This document shows positions 36,901-51,300 of a DNA stretch of 64,000 nucleotides, in pieces. The stretch comes from Ruditapes philippinarum (taxonomy: Eukaryota), in NCBI RefSeq assembly GCF_026571515.1, contig NW_026853157.1, forward strand, positions 124,001 through 188,000, given 5' to 3'. Position 1 is the first letter of the stretch. The number at the start of each line of letters is the position of its first letter. A program made the position numbers and the translations under genes. The notes beneath the pieces were generated by a model that had not been told where the DNA came from, did no database searches, and saw nothing but the letters and a program-made list of their open reading frames with translations.

Positions 36901-37946
36901 TTAAAATTGAGTACGGTGTCCCTCATGTACAGACTCAATCAAACTGAGTCTGCAATTTTCATGTAATTTTCTTGTGATCAATGCTTTCGAGGGATCACTT
37001 TGTTTCCAGTAACCAGTGCATATTTAAGTGGTCTTCATGAAAAGGTGAAAAATAACAGCTATTGTTTTAGCTATGATATTTACATTGTAGTTTATAATTG
37101 ATATATAACAGTGGCATACAATGACTGTTTCTTTTGCTCAGTTGGTTGTCCTGTTGAAACTTTAGTAAATTGTGATGGTGGTTTATGTACAAAGGCAGTT
37201 GATGACACAGGTGGTAGGTTCCTTTTCTAATTTGTTTTTGATAATTTTTTTCTAGTGTAAATCTAGTACAAAACGTGTATCCTGATAATATATTCATTCA
37301 TGCCAACTGTGACATTCTGCGAAGGAAACGTTTAAAAAAAACAACTATTAGTAAATAAAACAATGTGGCCATACCATGTGACTTTTCGGGTAATCGCATT
37401 TTCGCCATATCTGATAAAAAGCGGTTGAGTAATAAATAAGTTATAAATAAAAACATACCTGAATCGGGTGAAAAACCAACGTGCTCCGTACCCGCAAATT
37501 CACGTGGTATGGCCACATTGTAAAAGGAAAACAGAAAGAAAATACTAATTATTTTCAACTTGTCAAGACATTTCTTTACTCATTATACAAATATTACTTT
37601 TGTGCATTAACAGATGCCATTTGTCTTGGCTAGTATGGAAATCATCTTTAAACATTTTATAATTTCGTTTATTCATTCATTTTTCAAACTTCAAGTTATC
37701 AGCAAAGGATGCATACAAGAGGAAAAAACTGTAGGTTGCACAACGATCAGCGGTAGCAGAACCGTCAAAAACAGCAGCAGCAGCAGCAGCAGTAGCGGCG
37801 GCAGCAGCAGCAGCAGTAAAAACAAAGAAAGACACCTAGTGCTTTGTGTATGTAAAGGACATATGTGTAATGGGAGCATTGCTCACACAACAACAGCAGT
37901 AACATCGATGTTGCCCGTTATTGCCTTCGTCGTGTTAATACTTTGA
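33943..37946 (+). CDS. Ly6/uPAR (three-finger) GPI-anchored protein A, 3 exons: 33943-34000, 37112-37213, 37696-37946
   Basis: GT-AG introns, both phase 1, join to [19 protein letters not shown]|[34 protein letters not shown]|[83 protein letters not shown]. Signal peptide, 10 Cys, terminal CxC...CN and hydrophobic GPI-type tail. Exon layout matches paralogue B. Confidence 0.85.
35245..35700 (-). mobile_element. 5'-truncated L1/Tx1-like LINE relic in Ly6-A intron 1
   Basis: Minus strand reads [34 protein letters not shown]...KRWQIV, similar to the ORF2 C-terminus at 48636-48770 (NGLILNGKHYIYYCR...PSISNFK). T-run at the left end. Confidence 0.55.
37361..37520. mobile_element. 160-bp MITE in Ly6-A intron 2
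   Basis: About 32-bp TIR CAATGTGGCCATACCA(T/C)GTGA.TTT.CGGGTA. Flanked by TAAAA on both sides (37356-37360 and 37521-37525). Confidence 0.8.
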
Positions 37947-39227
37947 TTTATACTACCGCACGTTTGTCACGTTGCTTTTCATTGGATAAACGTGACGTTT
38001 AATACTGCAATTCTGTAACGTCGCATTTCATTTGATAATCGTGATGTTCAAAGCGGCTCGGGTAATATTTTCAAACAACCATTTATATAGGGCCATATAA
38101 CCTGCCAAAAATCTTTATAACTAACAGTATACATGGCTGCTGTCAATTATAATGTTAAGGCAGTAACCTTACGTAATTTCCCAAGACACACTATCGACAT
38201 TTTAAAGTATTGTTTTAACTTTGTGCAAAGTCTTAAAGAACGTAATCATTTTCGCCCCGTTTGAGGTGCCATGCAAGAGTGAAAATGACATTGAACGCAT
38301 AATAGTTGTGAGATGAAGCTGAATAAAGCGAAACATGTTTTGATACTTAAATTTGTGTTGGTTTTTGATCCAATTGTCCTATGTAATATCTGTAGTAGAA
38401 ATACAATTTTATTTTGTTGAAAACCCTATCTTTGTATAACAGTAGCAAACATACTCAGTTTGGATGGCTATTTATTACTGATCGCTGCTTAAAGTGACTT
38501 GTTAACATAAAATTACACGGATAATAAATTGATTTAGAATAACAAAGGAGTTTTTCTTTTGGAAATGATACATATTTCTGTGACTGTAAAACATATCTTC
38601 GAGTTGTATAAGTTTGACTTTTTTAAGAAGATAAGCAGTGACGTACGCAGGCACAGCTTGACAGGGGATCGGTTTCAAACTGGTGACCTTAATCCAATAG
38701 TAAATTGAACCTTATATTAATAATATAAAATTACAAATAAGCTGTTTTCTTAAAGTTATATTGATATATGTATGAATAAATTAATTAATGTTATTTCTGA
38801 CTAAGTCTCATCTTTTTAGTTACAAGTTTTTCACGTAGAAATCATAAAATAACAAAGTTACTGTGGTTTTAACAAAATTAAATCACGGCAAAATGCTAAA
38901 TCATTGTTTTATAATGCCATATAAAGACTTTCAACGAAAATTCATCTTATAGTTATAGAGCTGATTTTTTTTAGAGCAAATGAATTCATACCCAACTAGT
39001 AAACTAAAGGCTAAAAGCCATTATTATTCCAGAAAAAAAAAACAACAACAACAAAAAACATCATAACTGTCTATGCAAAACTATTTCACGTATATTTTGG
39101 AAATACATGTTTATAAAAATGTTTAAAGGAAAACAACAATTAAACGGTCATATTAATATTTCTATGGACGATTTAAGTCAAAGAAGTTTCGAATACTTCA
39201 CTTGGAGAGTCCACATAAGAAAGAGTT

Positions 39228-40330
39228 ATGTCAGGAGAATCTGTAGAAATTGATGATTTAGGCCAGCCATTTTTAATTGAAGAAATTTCAAAAACAATAT
39301 CTAGTCTGCAAAGACATAGACGTAATGATTATACCGGAAATGTTTCTATTTATTTCAAAGACTCAAATTCTTTTATTACCCCATACTTAGTAAGCATGTT
39401 CAATAAGATCGTTTTATTCTTGTTGTAATCCGGAGCAGTTGTGTAAAGGTATGATAGCATTAATTTATTAGAATTGTGATTATTCTTATCCGGCTAATTA
39501 TTGAGGCATTACTTGAGTAAATATCATTGCAAATAAATTCTCATTGACTCTCAGGGGTAGGCTTCATATATGATTAACAAGATTAACAAGGAAACGCGGC
39601 GTTCCACGAACGCAACTTCTACACGCCACAGCAACAAGAACCAGTGGCAAGGAATAGTGCTTTTATATGAATACCAGCCCGATTCTTGAGAGAAAAACCA
39701 TTTAATTAACTGCGTTTTCGTTGACTATGAAACAAGCTTTTGATACGGTTATTAAAGATGCTTTATAGATAAAATTGTATAATATAAATAGATCTAACCT
39801 TTGACTTGAATAACAATACATTTAACCACAAACATTGACATGTGCTCTTTAATTAACAAACATGTTGTGGTGAAATTATTATTGTATCCACTAATCTGAT
39901 AATTAGAATTAAACAGGTCAGAGATCTATGCATTGGCATTTATTGTAAGAATAACATGATAATTCTTTATATGATAAAGCTTAATCTTGTTTTAATCTTT
40001 CTTTACTTAAATTTTACTTTCAATTATTTTTATGCTCCACTTTGATTAAAACAAGGGAAACCACTCTCGCCAAAACTTTTTATCATTTTTTTGTAAATCT
40101 TATCATGAGTTGTCTGGACTAATACTTTAGTAAAATGGGCGTAAATGTCTTAAACTTGCTATGTATGTATAAGCAACATTTTGCAGACGACAAAGTTCTG
40201 TTAACTACTAATCCTAAAAAGTTCTACAAGCACAGCTAAATAGTTTATACATGTTTTCTTCGAAATGGGGTTTTAAGAATAATACCTACAAAACAAAAAT
40301 CTTTATTTTTGAAAAACGAAAAAGATTTTA
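39228..40330 (+). pseudogene. Highly decayed LINE reverse transcriptase (CR1/L2-like)
   Basis: Fragments in RT order: PFLIEEISKTISSL...PYLVSMFNKI, PANY*GIT, KQAFDTV, KQGKPLSPKLF, FADD. Many stops and frameshifts. Confidence 0.7.
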
Positions 40331-42313
40331 TTATAATATACAAATAAACTATGTGAAAGAAATGAAATGTTTACTTCTTCACACTACAAGTTTACTATCC
40401 TATTTAATTTAAAATAATTTAAAAATGAAATTGTTTCTAATTATAATAATTTTTATAAAAATACATTGCTGTTGAGTGAATGTTGATAATAATTTCAAAT
40501 AGGTATGGATAAAACCAATATTACTTTTAAAACACCATAAAACCATTAAACGGAACAAATGGGACACTAAGTGATGAAAAGCGCACTGAAACAGAACATT
40601 TTAATATAAAGGACATGAAATGTCATTTTTTCATCGTTACTCGTATGTAAGTACTCTTGTTTTATCAGGTTTGTAATCAATAATTTTTATAAAAATATAC
40701 TACTGATGACCTATTTTTAGCGTGTGGATTTATAAAAAAACAAAAAGAAAACACGTTTTTTATATTACATACATGTATAAATTCAATGTAAACACTTATT
40801 GTCAACCTCCGTCTTCTTGCATAGTCTAATTTGTTATAACTAAGCGTATATTAAAGACTCCTCTATTTATTGAATATAAATTATTTGTGTATGAACTTAT
40901 GTTGAAAACACTGATGTCATGGAATTTATTATTTATAATTTAATTATCTTTAGAATTAAATTATTGTTCTGTCTTAAGTTAATCTATTTTCTTGCTTGTT
41001 TGTTTATGAATGAAAACATGAAATCGAGGTATTACGAGTTTACTACAATATCTATTTTTTAACATTAATTTCTTAACATAACATTGTTTTAACATTATTT
41101 TTGAATCAGTGTACGTATATAGTTAATAAGCATGTGAATTACATTTACTTAAAACAAAATTTATTAAATTTAACCATTTAAATATGCAATGATTATAGCG
41201 GCTATAAATATGATATATATAATATATAAGCTATGATTCAAACACGCACTTAGATTTTCTTGTGAAGAATGTTTTTTATGAGAAATTAGTTCGTGATGTA
41301 AAAAAGGTAACGGTACAACAAGCGGAAGGCAATTTCCATGCTAGGTACAGCAAGTAAAACCAACTCCTGACCAAAATTTAAGCAAACACGCAATAAAGAA
41401 GTCACCTACAGATTGATATTTCTATAAAATATTACTGCAGAACAAATTTACCTGAACCACTTAAGTTATTGAAATAATGTTACATATAATTACTGATTAC
41501 ACTTTTTGAATTTTACAAAAGCCTATTTAACATTTTAGAAAGGTTCCTAGGTAAAGAAACAACGGTACAATAAGTTAATTTTCATCATCATATATTGGGA
41601 ATGGCCCTAAAATGTCGACCAGGGGAGATAACAATTGCTATGTGAAAGCATCGATTGCTTGCCAAACTAGAAGTGGTATAAGAAGCTAAATGCAAATCGT
41701 TGACAAAGTACATCACGCTTAACTCAATTACATGACAAACTAACTCATACACGCAGCAAAAAAGTAGGGATATTATTAATATTATAATAGTTGCAGTAAA
41801 ATACCTTTACAGCATTATCGAAAAAAACTCTAAGATACGAAAATATAAAGTTACATATTTACAATTTGGTTAAAATTTTTACAAGCGAATATTTTAGACT
41901 GTTAGGTCAATTAAAGGCCTTAATAAAAATAAACGTGATGTAGAAATTGAGTTTTCATTTTTTTCATCACATTCATGTCGACCTTTGTATTGATTCAAAT
42001 TTATAAAAACAAGATAATAAAATATTTAATACTTAAAAAGCTAACAATGATGATTATTTAAACTAGTCTAGATGGTTTTCAATTATCATTAAAAACCAAA
42101 CAGAGCACAGCTTAGTACATATAATACATTCACGGATGATTTAACAACTGATTACAGCCTCCACAATTACGTAAATGAAACGATTTATCAAAAATTATTC
42201 AAATGTATCCACTGTATCACGAATCTTAAGTAAATGAACTGAATCAAGCGAGAAGGGTAAAAAGGAGAAACAGTTTTGTAACATATAATTTCACCCTTTC
42301 ATAAGTCGGCAAA

Positions 42314-45300
42314 ATGAATTCTTTGGTTATTGTATCGCTCTTTGGAATTGTTCTGGCTCAACTATTAGGTAAGAGAAATGTTTTTAAACTTATTCAGTTC
42401 TTTATCCTTATTCTTTTCTTAAAATTTGATAAGTCTACAATGTGAACATTTTCCGTAAAATTTTCAAATATTGAGAAAAACAATATAATTATATCATTTG
42501 GTTATCTTATTAAGAGTTGTTTGAACAAAATGTTGGCATACTTCTCTTTGACTTAGAATGAACATTTATATGATGAATAATAATATTTTGTTCTAGAACA
42601 TTTTATTATCTGCTATATAATTATATATACTATTTGATCATGTTTCAATATGTCCTTCGTGGTCTGACACTAAATACGTTCAACGAAATTTTTCATTGTA
42701 TGACAAACGTTTTCTTATAGACCAATTCACGTTAAGTCTCGAGATAATAAAAATATTTTTTATCTGAGCTCTGTGTCAAGTCGTTCAGTATACATTATAA
42801 TAATTATACTAGTTTCTGGCCGATCTGGTACCCGCGATCTGAGTTTAAGCTTAAAACATTAAAATTTTTAGAACTTCTGACCAAGCACTTAGACGTCATA
42901 GTTGAGATGCAAAGGAAACACTCTTTTATTATCCAGTTGCCAAACGTTTTTAATTAATGGTCACAAAGGAATATGTTTTGTTAAAACAGGATCACGAGTA
43001 AATGTTTGTGTTCCTTTTATCCATCTCGTAGACACGAATCTATCCTTTGACTATTTAAGGCTCGGTCACACCGCAAGAACTTTGCTGGAGCGTTCCTGGA
43101 GCGGTGAAAAAAAAAATCATCACCGCTCGTTACCGTTCACCAGAAGTTGGCCCCCGTTAAGGCAACGCCGTATACGCTCGGTCACCGCTTATGGTCCCTC
43201 CTACCGCTCCGAAAGTTTTGAGCTGCACAAAATATTGCGAGCGGTGAGGAGCGGGAAATATTCCGCTCCGGCAAAGTTCACCACCGCTCTGACAACGCCC
43301 AGTCAAAGTTTGGCACCGCTAGACGCAAGTTCGTGAAATTTTGAACGCTGGACCACCACAGCTTTACCCAGGCGGTGATTAAACGTTGTACAAACTTTGT
43401 CAGAGCGGATTCAAGCATTTAACGAGCGGTCTCGGGATTGCTCGAACGGTGTCAGGCGTTGAAGCAGCGGTCCATTGCGGTAATAAACTTTGGTTTGGCG
43501 TTGGTATGGAGGTGTCATCGCTAAACCAACGCTCGCTACCGTTAAGCCAAAGCTATAACAACGCCAACTGCAGCGGTACACCGCTAAGGCAACGCCCGTG
43601 TTTTCGATTTTTTTTCCCATTTTGTGCGCGGTAACGAGCGTTGTCTATTTTTTGTCCCTCTCCCTACCGTTTAAGGAACGCTACAACAAAGTTCGGGCTG
43701 TGTGACCAGGCCTTTATCTCCAACCACGTGACAGCCTCTTGATTTTCCCCCACATTTTATTATCTCGTAGACACGATTAACCTTTTGATAATTTGTTTTC
43801 TTGTGTAACAGAACTTGTATTATACCAATTATTTATTTTCTTAATGCGTAAATAAATTAATATTCAAATAAACTTAATACACATGCATTTTGACAGATTG
43901 GCGTAGCGACACTTGTTTTCCCTATTGTATAGATGCTTTATTTGTGAAAGTTATCCTGTCTAATTTATGGTAATTTATGGTAATTTATGTAAATTTACAT
44001 TTGCGTTCTATTGACTGTCCGCCTGAATAAGATGGAATTAATTTATTATAAAGTGATATCTGTAATAACATAGCATAGATAAAATTACTTTACTTGTGCA
44101 CAATACAATGATTACAGTCAACATGTCAATGCATCCATTTTTTTTCATGACAGTTCACTTCATGAATATTATTGAAGTTATTTAAAGTAGATTGGTGTAC
44201 AAGGCGCACATTTTCCATATTTATTTAAAATATTGATAAAAACAGTAAAAATTTACAATTCTGATAATGTTACGAAATACTTTTGAAAAAAAAAAAATGT
44301 CGAGTTTTAAAGTGACTTATTATGAATATATATATGATGAGTAATAATATTTTTTCTAGAACAATTTATTATCAGCTATATATATATTTGTTGACAAGTC
44401 ATATCGGATCATGTATCTAACACTAACAAACAACATCCATATATAATTATTTTGCGGTTTGTTTTCAGGTATGATACTGATTACTATCAACATAATTATT
44501 ATTTATGGTATTACAGACTATTTCACTTTAAAATATACTCTAATATCATGAATACTAGGGACCGCTAACAATATATTGCTATTTGCACCAGATTTATGTT
44601 CATAGTGACTTGTCTAGTCTACAAATCACACTCTTTTCTAACAATGGCCTATCCTCAACGCCAACGTAGATAGAAAATAATAGTTAATAAAACTGGTTTG
44701 TAATTTTAAATTAATTTACTAAATGCATACCTTAATTAAAGCGTGTAAATTTAAAACTTGATTTACGAGGCAACTCCTGTCACATCATTTGCATTGCTCA
44801 ATATATCTTTTTTATTAATCTTATTTTAAGATGTTTAATGTAATGGCTTGTTTGAAGATATTTAAACATGATACAAGGTTAAAGTTTATTTGAGAATAAA
44901 AATGGTTATGAAAGTTGTAAATGGAGAATAATCACATGAACACAATTGACGCAGTATGTCTATACTTATAAATGAAATATCGAGAAATATTGATTAAAAA
45001 AAATGCGTATTTGTTCTGTATTTTTAATGTAAAAAAATATTTTTTCACTGCAGTGAAACATATATTCCGTATTTCCACTGGTGTCATGTCGGACTACTTT
45101 CTTTTAAATTTAACCAAAACACAAAGTTTTTGGGGTAGTTATTCAAATTGTAATGTCAGAAAGAGAAACGTGCATATAACAAACAGAAAATTCAAGTTTT
45201 TTTTCCATAAATTCAGGATTTATTTTAATCTTGTGATTTGAAAACTTTTATATTTCACTCGTGGCTGCCACCGCTCATGAAATATTTATTTTCATACAAT

Positions 45301-48300
45301 TCGATGAAAAAAAATCCTCTATTTATCGTAAAATACTGAAATGTCCTCTATATATATGATATAAATATATTTTTCTATCATAGTTTGGCCGATATAACTT
45401 CGATATAAACGGTTCATTCTATCATTCCATTGTGTTATTTTTAATGATAAAAAGTTGAAGCGGTTCTGTCTTAAATACAATTCATCGATGATCGTTTANN
45501 NNNNNNNNNNNNNNNNNNNNNNNNNNNNNNNNNNNNNNNNNNNNNNNNNNNNNNNNNNNNNNNNNNNNNNNNNNNNNNNNNNNNNNNNNNNNNNNNNNNN
45601 NNNNNNNNNNNNNNNNNNNNNNNNNNNNNNNNNNNNNNNNNNNNNNNNNNNNNNNNNNNNNNNNNNNNNNNNNNNNNNNNNNNNNNNNNNNNNNNNNNNN
45701 NNNNNNNNNNNNNNNNNNNNNNNNNNNNNNNNNNNNNNNNNNNNNNNNNNNNNNNNNNNNNNNNNNNNNNNNNNNNNNNNNNNNNNNNNNNNNNNNNNNN
45801 NNNNNNNNNNNNNNNNNNNNNNNNNNNNNNNNNNNNNNNNNNNNNNNNNNNNNNNNNNNNNNNNNNNNNNNNNNNNNNNNNNNNNNNNNNNNNNNNNNNN
45901 NNNNNNNNNNNNNNNNNNNNNNNNNNNNNCAAATAAAATAAATAATAAATAAACTTTAATCAGCAACGACAACAACAAGAAACAGCAGCAGCCAGAGAAA
46001 CAGCAACAACAACAGTAACAGTAACAAAAACAACAACATTACCATCATTATGAAACTCTTGATTATAGGGTTCAGTGAAGTAATGTTGTGTTATAAAACT
46101 TGTATTACAATATTTATTTTCTTAATGCGTAGATAATTTCAAATTTGAAATACACTTATACACCTGCATTTTCGCAGGTAGGCACATCAACACATGTCTA
46201 CCCTTAGGGGTAGTTACTGCATTTATAAATGTTATCCTGTCTTATTTATGGTTATCACTATAAATAAAATTTCGCATTTTATCATTCATTAAACAGGAAA
46301 TATTAATTAAATTAAGTAACTGGTTATTAAAATATATAACTACAAAGGTTACTGGGCATATTTAGCCTTATATAAAAATCTTCACTTTTATCAAGGCATA
46401 ACGATTTTGTGCATATCTAACATAAAAACTCGTACTCGCTCGTTTTAAATTAATTTTCTGGCAATTTACTTTTTAGTTAATTACTTTTAAAAACAAATTG
46501 TGAAAGTAATCATCTTGTGAACATTACAAATTACTTTCTAAAGTCGAATAATTTTTTTTAATAAACAAATATTCAAATATATAAAAAACAATTCATATTA
46601 TTTAATGGTTTAAGTTTCATAAACGTCTGCGCTAAATGATTGTATCTCCTGGTTTTATATCATATAAGTTATGACCGTTTCGCAACAATCCTACATATGA
46701 ATTCGTAAGGTACTATCGCTAAATCGTTATACGTTATAAACTTTCAGTAATCTAAAATAAATAGCTTTTTAAGTTATAAAAACCAACTATGTGAAAGTCG
46801 TTTTCGTATCTTTATTTAGTGATTTCAATTTTGGCGCAAATATATCCAGTTTCTTTTTTTCCCGGCATGCTTGATGTATCAAGGTATACGTCCTCCCCAG
46901 TCATATATATATATATATATAATATATAAAATTACAGTATATTTTAACTTACTCGCCATGTAAAATGTATCTTCTTTTAAAAGTTAATGATCGTATTTTT
47001 TTTAGCTTTAGAAGGTAGCTGTTTGTTGGTTTGCATATTTGTTATATGTGTATATACATGCAGTTGTCATAACCATGATATCAAACCGATTTTCTCACTA
47101 GATTAATTAACTCTTCATTTTACATTTGGAACACCTCGCCGATAATTTATAATCTTTATCTCGAAACTGACGGAAAGAACCTAAACGTTGCGACTGCTCA
47201 TTTTATTTAGAGATACTGCTTATTTTGTTTATCTTATAACAAAAAAAGCAAGATATTTGCATGCTAAATTTTAAAATATTGTATCAAAGAATGTATCTTA
47301 AGGAGCCAGATCTTTTTTTTTTGTAATTAACATTTTATTTCCCATATTGTACAAAACATGTAACAGAAATATTTTTTGGTCAATATAATGTATTGGCAAT
47401 CAATAAACAGTCAAAACTGTGTCAAAACCACCAAACTAATTTTTCATTTTCATAACAAAAGCCACCCTTACTAACCCTACAGTGCTTAACAGATAGAGGT
47501 TTCTCTTGATAAAGACCTCTTCTTGTCTATAGAGGAAATGTTATATTTCTCCTCTGTAAGACCCTGGTCACAGGTTTGACTGTAATCATGCATCAAAGTA
47601 CATAGTCAATACAAATTCAATACTCTCAATTAAAGCCAAAATTAATCAGTACACATACAATGGTTTTAAATGGAGCCATATTAATCAGTACAAATATACT
47701 ATTAATCAGTCCAAAAAGAAAACCCCAACAAAACAGTCTCGAAAGAAGCAATATTAATCAGTACCAATATAATGGTTTCCCACGAAATTATATTAAACAG
47801 TACCAGTACCACATTAACCAGTACAAATACAATACTTTCAATTGAAGCAACATTAATCAGTACACATATAATAATTTTAAATTAAGCAATATTAATCAGT
47901 GCAAATACAGTAGTTTTGGATGAAGCAATATTAATCAGTACAAATACAACTGTTTTGAATGAGACTATATTAAGCAGTTCGAATACAATAGTTTCAAATG
48001 AAGCCATATCAATCAGCACAAATACAGTAATTTCATATGAAACCATATTAATCAGTACAAATACATTGATTTCAATTGAACCTGTATTAACCATATCATT
48101 TGTACATAACTATTATCAATATTGCTTTATTCTGATGCAGTAGAGAGAATTCTAAATCAATCGAGGATTTTCATATTGTACAGTGATTTTGAGAAGAGGA
48201 AAGGAAAAAAAAAACATTCCTTCCTCCCCCTTTAATAATATTTAGAGTTTTACTCTATAGCTTGAAGTAATGTAATAATGAATGCTTAAATTTAAATACC

Positions 48301-51300
48301 ATATTTAAATTTTGTACCTATGGGATAAATATGCTTTTTAAAGAAAAAGGATATAAAAAATGGAGAAAATAAAAAGGGTTCGGTGAAATCTACTAGAAGG
48401 GTTTTTATCTCAGATTCAAATCTGAAATTTCAAATAATAGGGAATTTTAGATTTTTTTTGGTGGTGTCTCCCGGTGCCGCAGCAGTGACGTGCAAAGTTG
48501 TAGAATAATAATACATGACTTAAACTTCATTAATACACAGAATACACAAACACTATTCTAAATTTACTTGGTTTTTGTTTTTCTGCCCTGATGTCTGAAA
48601 CAACTCATATGTATCATTCTGTTTAGCTATGTATTCTATTTTTCAATTTTATATCTGGCATATATTTGAGTTTTAAAATTAGAAATAGAAGGCCTTATTT
48701 GTTTAACTCTACAATAGTAAATGTAATGTTTTCCGTTTAAAATCAAACCATTTAAGACTTTGTCATATTTTGTATTACCAAAAAGAATGTCAGTAACATT
48801 CCAATCATCACAAGTAATATTACATTTATCTTTGACATAATTTTGTAATATTCTCCAAAAGTTTTTGACAATTTCACAATCATAGAAAAGATGAATAAGA
48901 GTTTCACTCTCAGATTTACAAAAAGTGCATATATCGTTATTTACAATGTTCATTTTTTTCAACAAATAATTTGTGGCAAGTATTCTGTGGTTCAGTCTAA
49001 ACTGGAACCAGATTATTTTGAATCCTTTGTAAATTTATATGGTAATTCATATATTGAATTAAATTGAAACTCTGTTTCTACAGCCTCTGTTAAATCATTT
49101 TTCCATTTCAAAAGAGAGTTAGGATATTGTCCGGTTTCAATCATAGTTTTATAAATCTGTTGGCAACCTTTTTTATCATGAAGAATTATGCCTAGTGTTT
49201 GAGGAATATGTACATTATACTTATATTCCTTAGGTAGATCTCTGGCATGAATTCTTTCTAAAAACTCATTCAGTGCTCTAATAATCCCCATATATTCTAG
49301 AAAGTTGCTTCTTATGTTATATACTTCATTAAATTCATTGAATGAATAAAAATCACCTGTCTGACTGATTAAATCACCTAAGAATAGGACTCCTCCATTA
49401 ATCCATCTAGTTAGATGAACACAAGAATTTCCAATTTTTATGCCAGGGTTGTACCATAAATTAATAGAGTAAAATTCTTTACTTGTTTTTGGCTTAACTT
49501 TCATAGAAAGACTCATATAACTTTTCATTACATCTTTCCAAAAAGGATTTATATCACAACTTAGTTTTGTTTTTATGAAATCTGTTCCATACTTAAAAAT
49601 ATTATGTATACAAGGCAAAGTACTTTCTACCAACTGACTATATTTATTGTCATTATGAACAATACGTCTTAACCAAGTCAATTTTAAACTATTCATAAAA
49701 CAGCTCAATTCTACCATTTTAAGGCCACCGTATTTATAATCTTGAGTAATAATAATTCTTTTAACTTTATCTATACCATCATTCCATAAAAATTTGTAAA
49801 ATAAACTTTGAATTTTATTGATTTTTTCAGTAGGTGGATTAGGGATACTTAAAAAAAGGTGGTACAATTTTGCCAAGGCCAAAGACTTTATAACTACTAA
49901 TTTTCCTAATGGAGAGATTAGTCTTTTGGACCATGAAGCAAATAATCTTTTTAATTCCTCAATTTTTAAATCAAAGTTTAAATCTACAATTTGTTTCAGA
50001 TCTGTTGAGAATTTAATACCTAATACTGTAAAAACTTCAGTGTTCCAATCTAGATTGTAGTCAGGACAAAGAACTACTTGGCTATTTCTGTAGGAGCCAA
50101 ACCAGACTACTTTGGTTTTTTCCATATTAATGTTAAGGCCTGATATCTCTGCATAGAATTTTAAAACTTCCATGGTATTCTTTAAAGATTTGGCTGTGCC
50201 ATCTAAAAATATACTAGTATCATCAGCATACTGTGAAATCTTATACTCTTTCTCATTAATTATAACACCTTTGATATCTTTGTTTTTTCTTATTAATATT
50301 GACAGTACCTCTGCACAAATGATGAACAGGTATGGCGATAGGGCATCACCTTGACGAAAACCTCTTTGAAGTTTGAACCAGTCTGACATGTGGCCATTTA
50401 TAATAACACATGATTCTGTATTAGTATAGAATAACTTGATCCAACTTCTAAAAGAGGGACCAAAATTAAAAAATTCTAGTACATGATGCATAAATTTCCA
50501 AGAAACAGTATCAAACGCAGCGGCAAAATCAATTAGTAATAACAATCCTGGAATATTATATTTTTCAGAGTGAAATAAGATGTCATATAACATTCTAACA
50601 TTTGACGCCATTAATCTACCAGGAAGAAAACCAGTTTGATCATGATTTATGATTTTATCTAAGGCATTTTTTAAACGAGATGCAATTGATGCGGAAGCTA
50701 TTTTATATGCTACATTTAGAAGAGATATTGGTCGCCAATTTTTAAGTAATAGCTTATCCTTATTTCCTTTTGGAATACAAGTTATTACCCCTTGTTTCTG
50801 TGTTACTGATAACTCACCAACTGAATAAGCATAATTAATTGACCTGACTAAAAATATACCAATATCAGACCAGAAAAATTTGAAAAATTCTGTGGTAAAT
50901 CCATCGTTACCGGGACTTGTACCATTTGACATACGCTTTAGAGAATTCAACATTTCTTCATAAGTTAAAACACCTTCAATTTTTTGTTTGTCTTGTTCAG
51001 TAAGTTTTTGAATATCTTGATTTTCTGCAAGTAGACTAGTTAAAGAAATATCACTGGTTTCTCTTAAGTTGTACAACCTTTCATAATGATTCTTTGTTTC
51101 TTTCAAAATTTTTTCTTGTGTATTTAAAATTTCCCCTTTGACATTTTTAAGCGAACTCATAACTTTGGAGACAAAATTTCTATTTTCGAGGTTACAGAAA
51201 TAACGAGTTGGCTTTTCACCTTCATTAATCCACTTAGCTTTTGATCTTACAAGTACACCATCCATTTTCTTTTTCCTCAAATTTGAAAGTTCTAATCTTT

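Noticed and set aside
37614-37695. 5' part of the 110-aa ORF as the real N-terminus of Ly6-A
   Set aside because: It would give only 5 Cys. The region is a pyrimidine-rich acceptor, and splicing from exon 2 restores the 10-Cys domain as in paralogue B.
44970-45355. Crypton-like non-autonomous repeat end (TTTCACTCGTG...ATGAAAT...TCCTCTAT)
   Set aside because: Resembles a common mollusc repeat from memory, but it is too degenerate to set boundaries or a family.
45455-45978. Three ORFs of 153-165 aa
   Set aside because: Artefacts of the N gap.
47610-48143. Regularly spaced 39-bp repeats (and the 33-bp and 132-bp arrays) as CRISPR-like arrays or small genes
   Set aside because: Contiguous degenerate tandem units without unique spacers, no cas genes, eukaryotic context.
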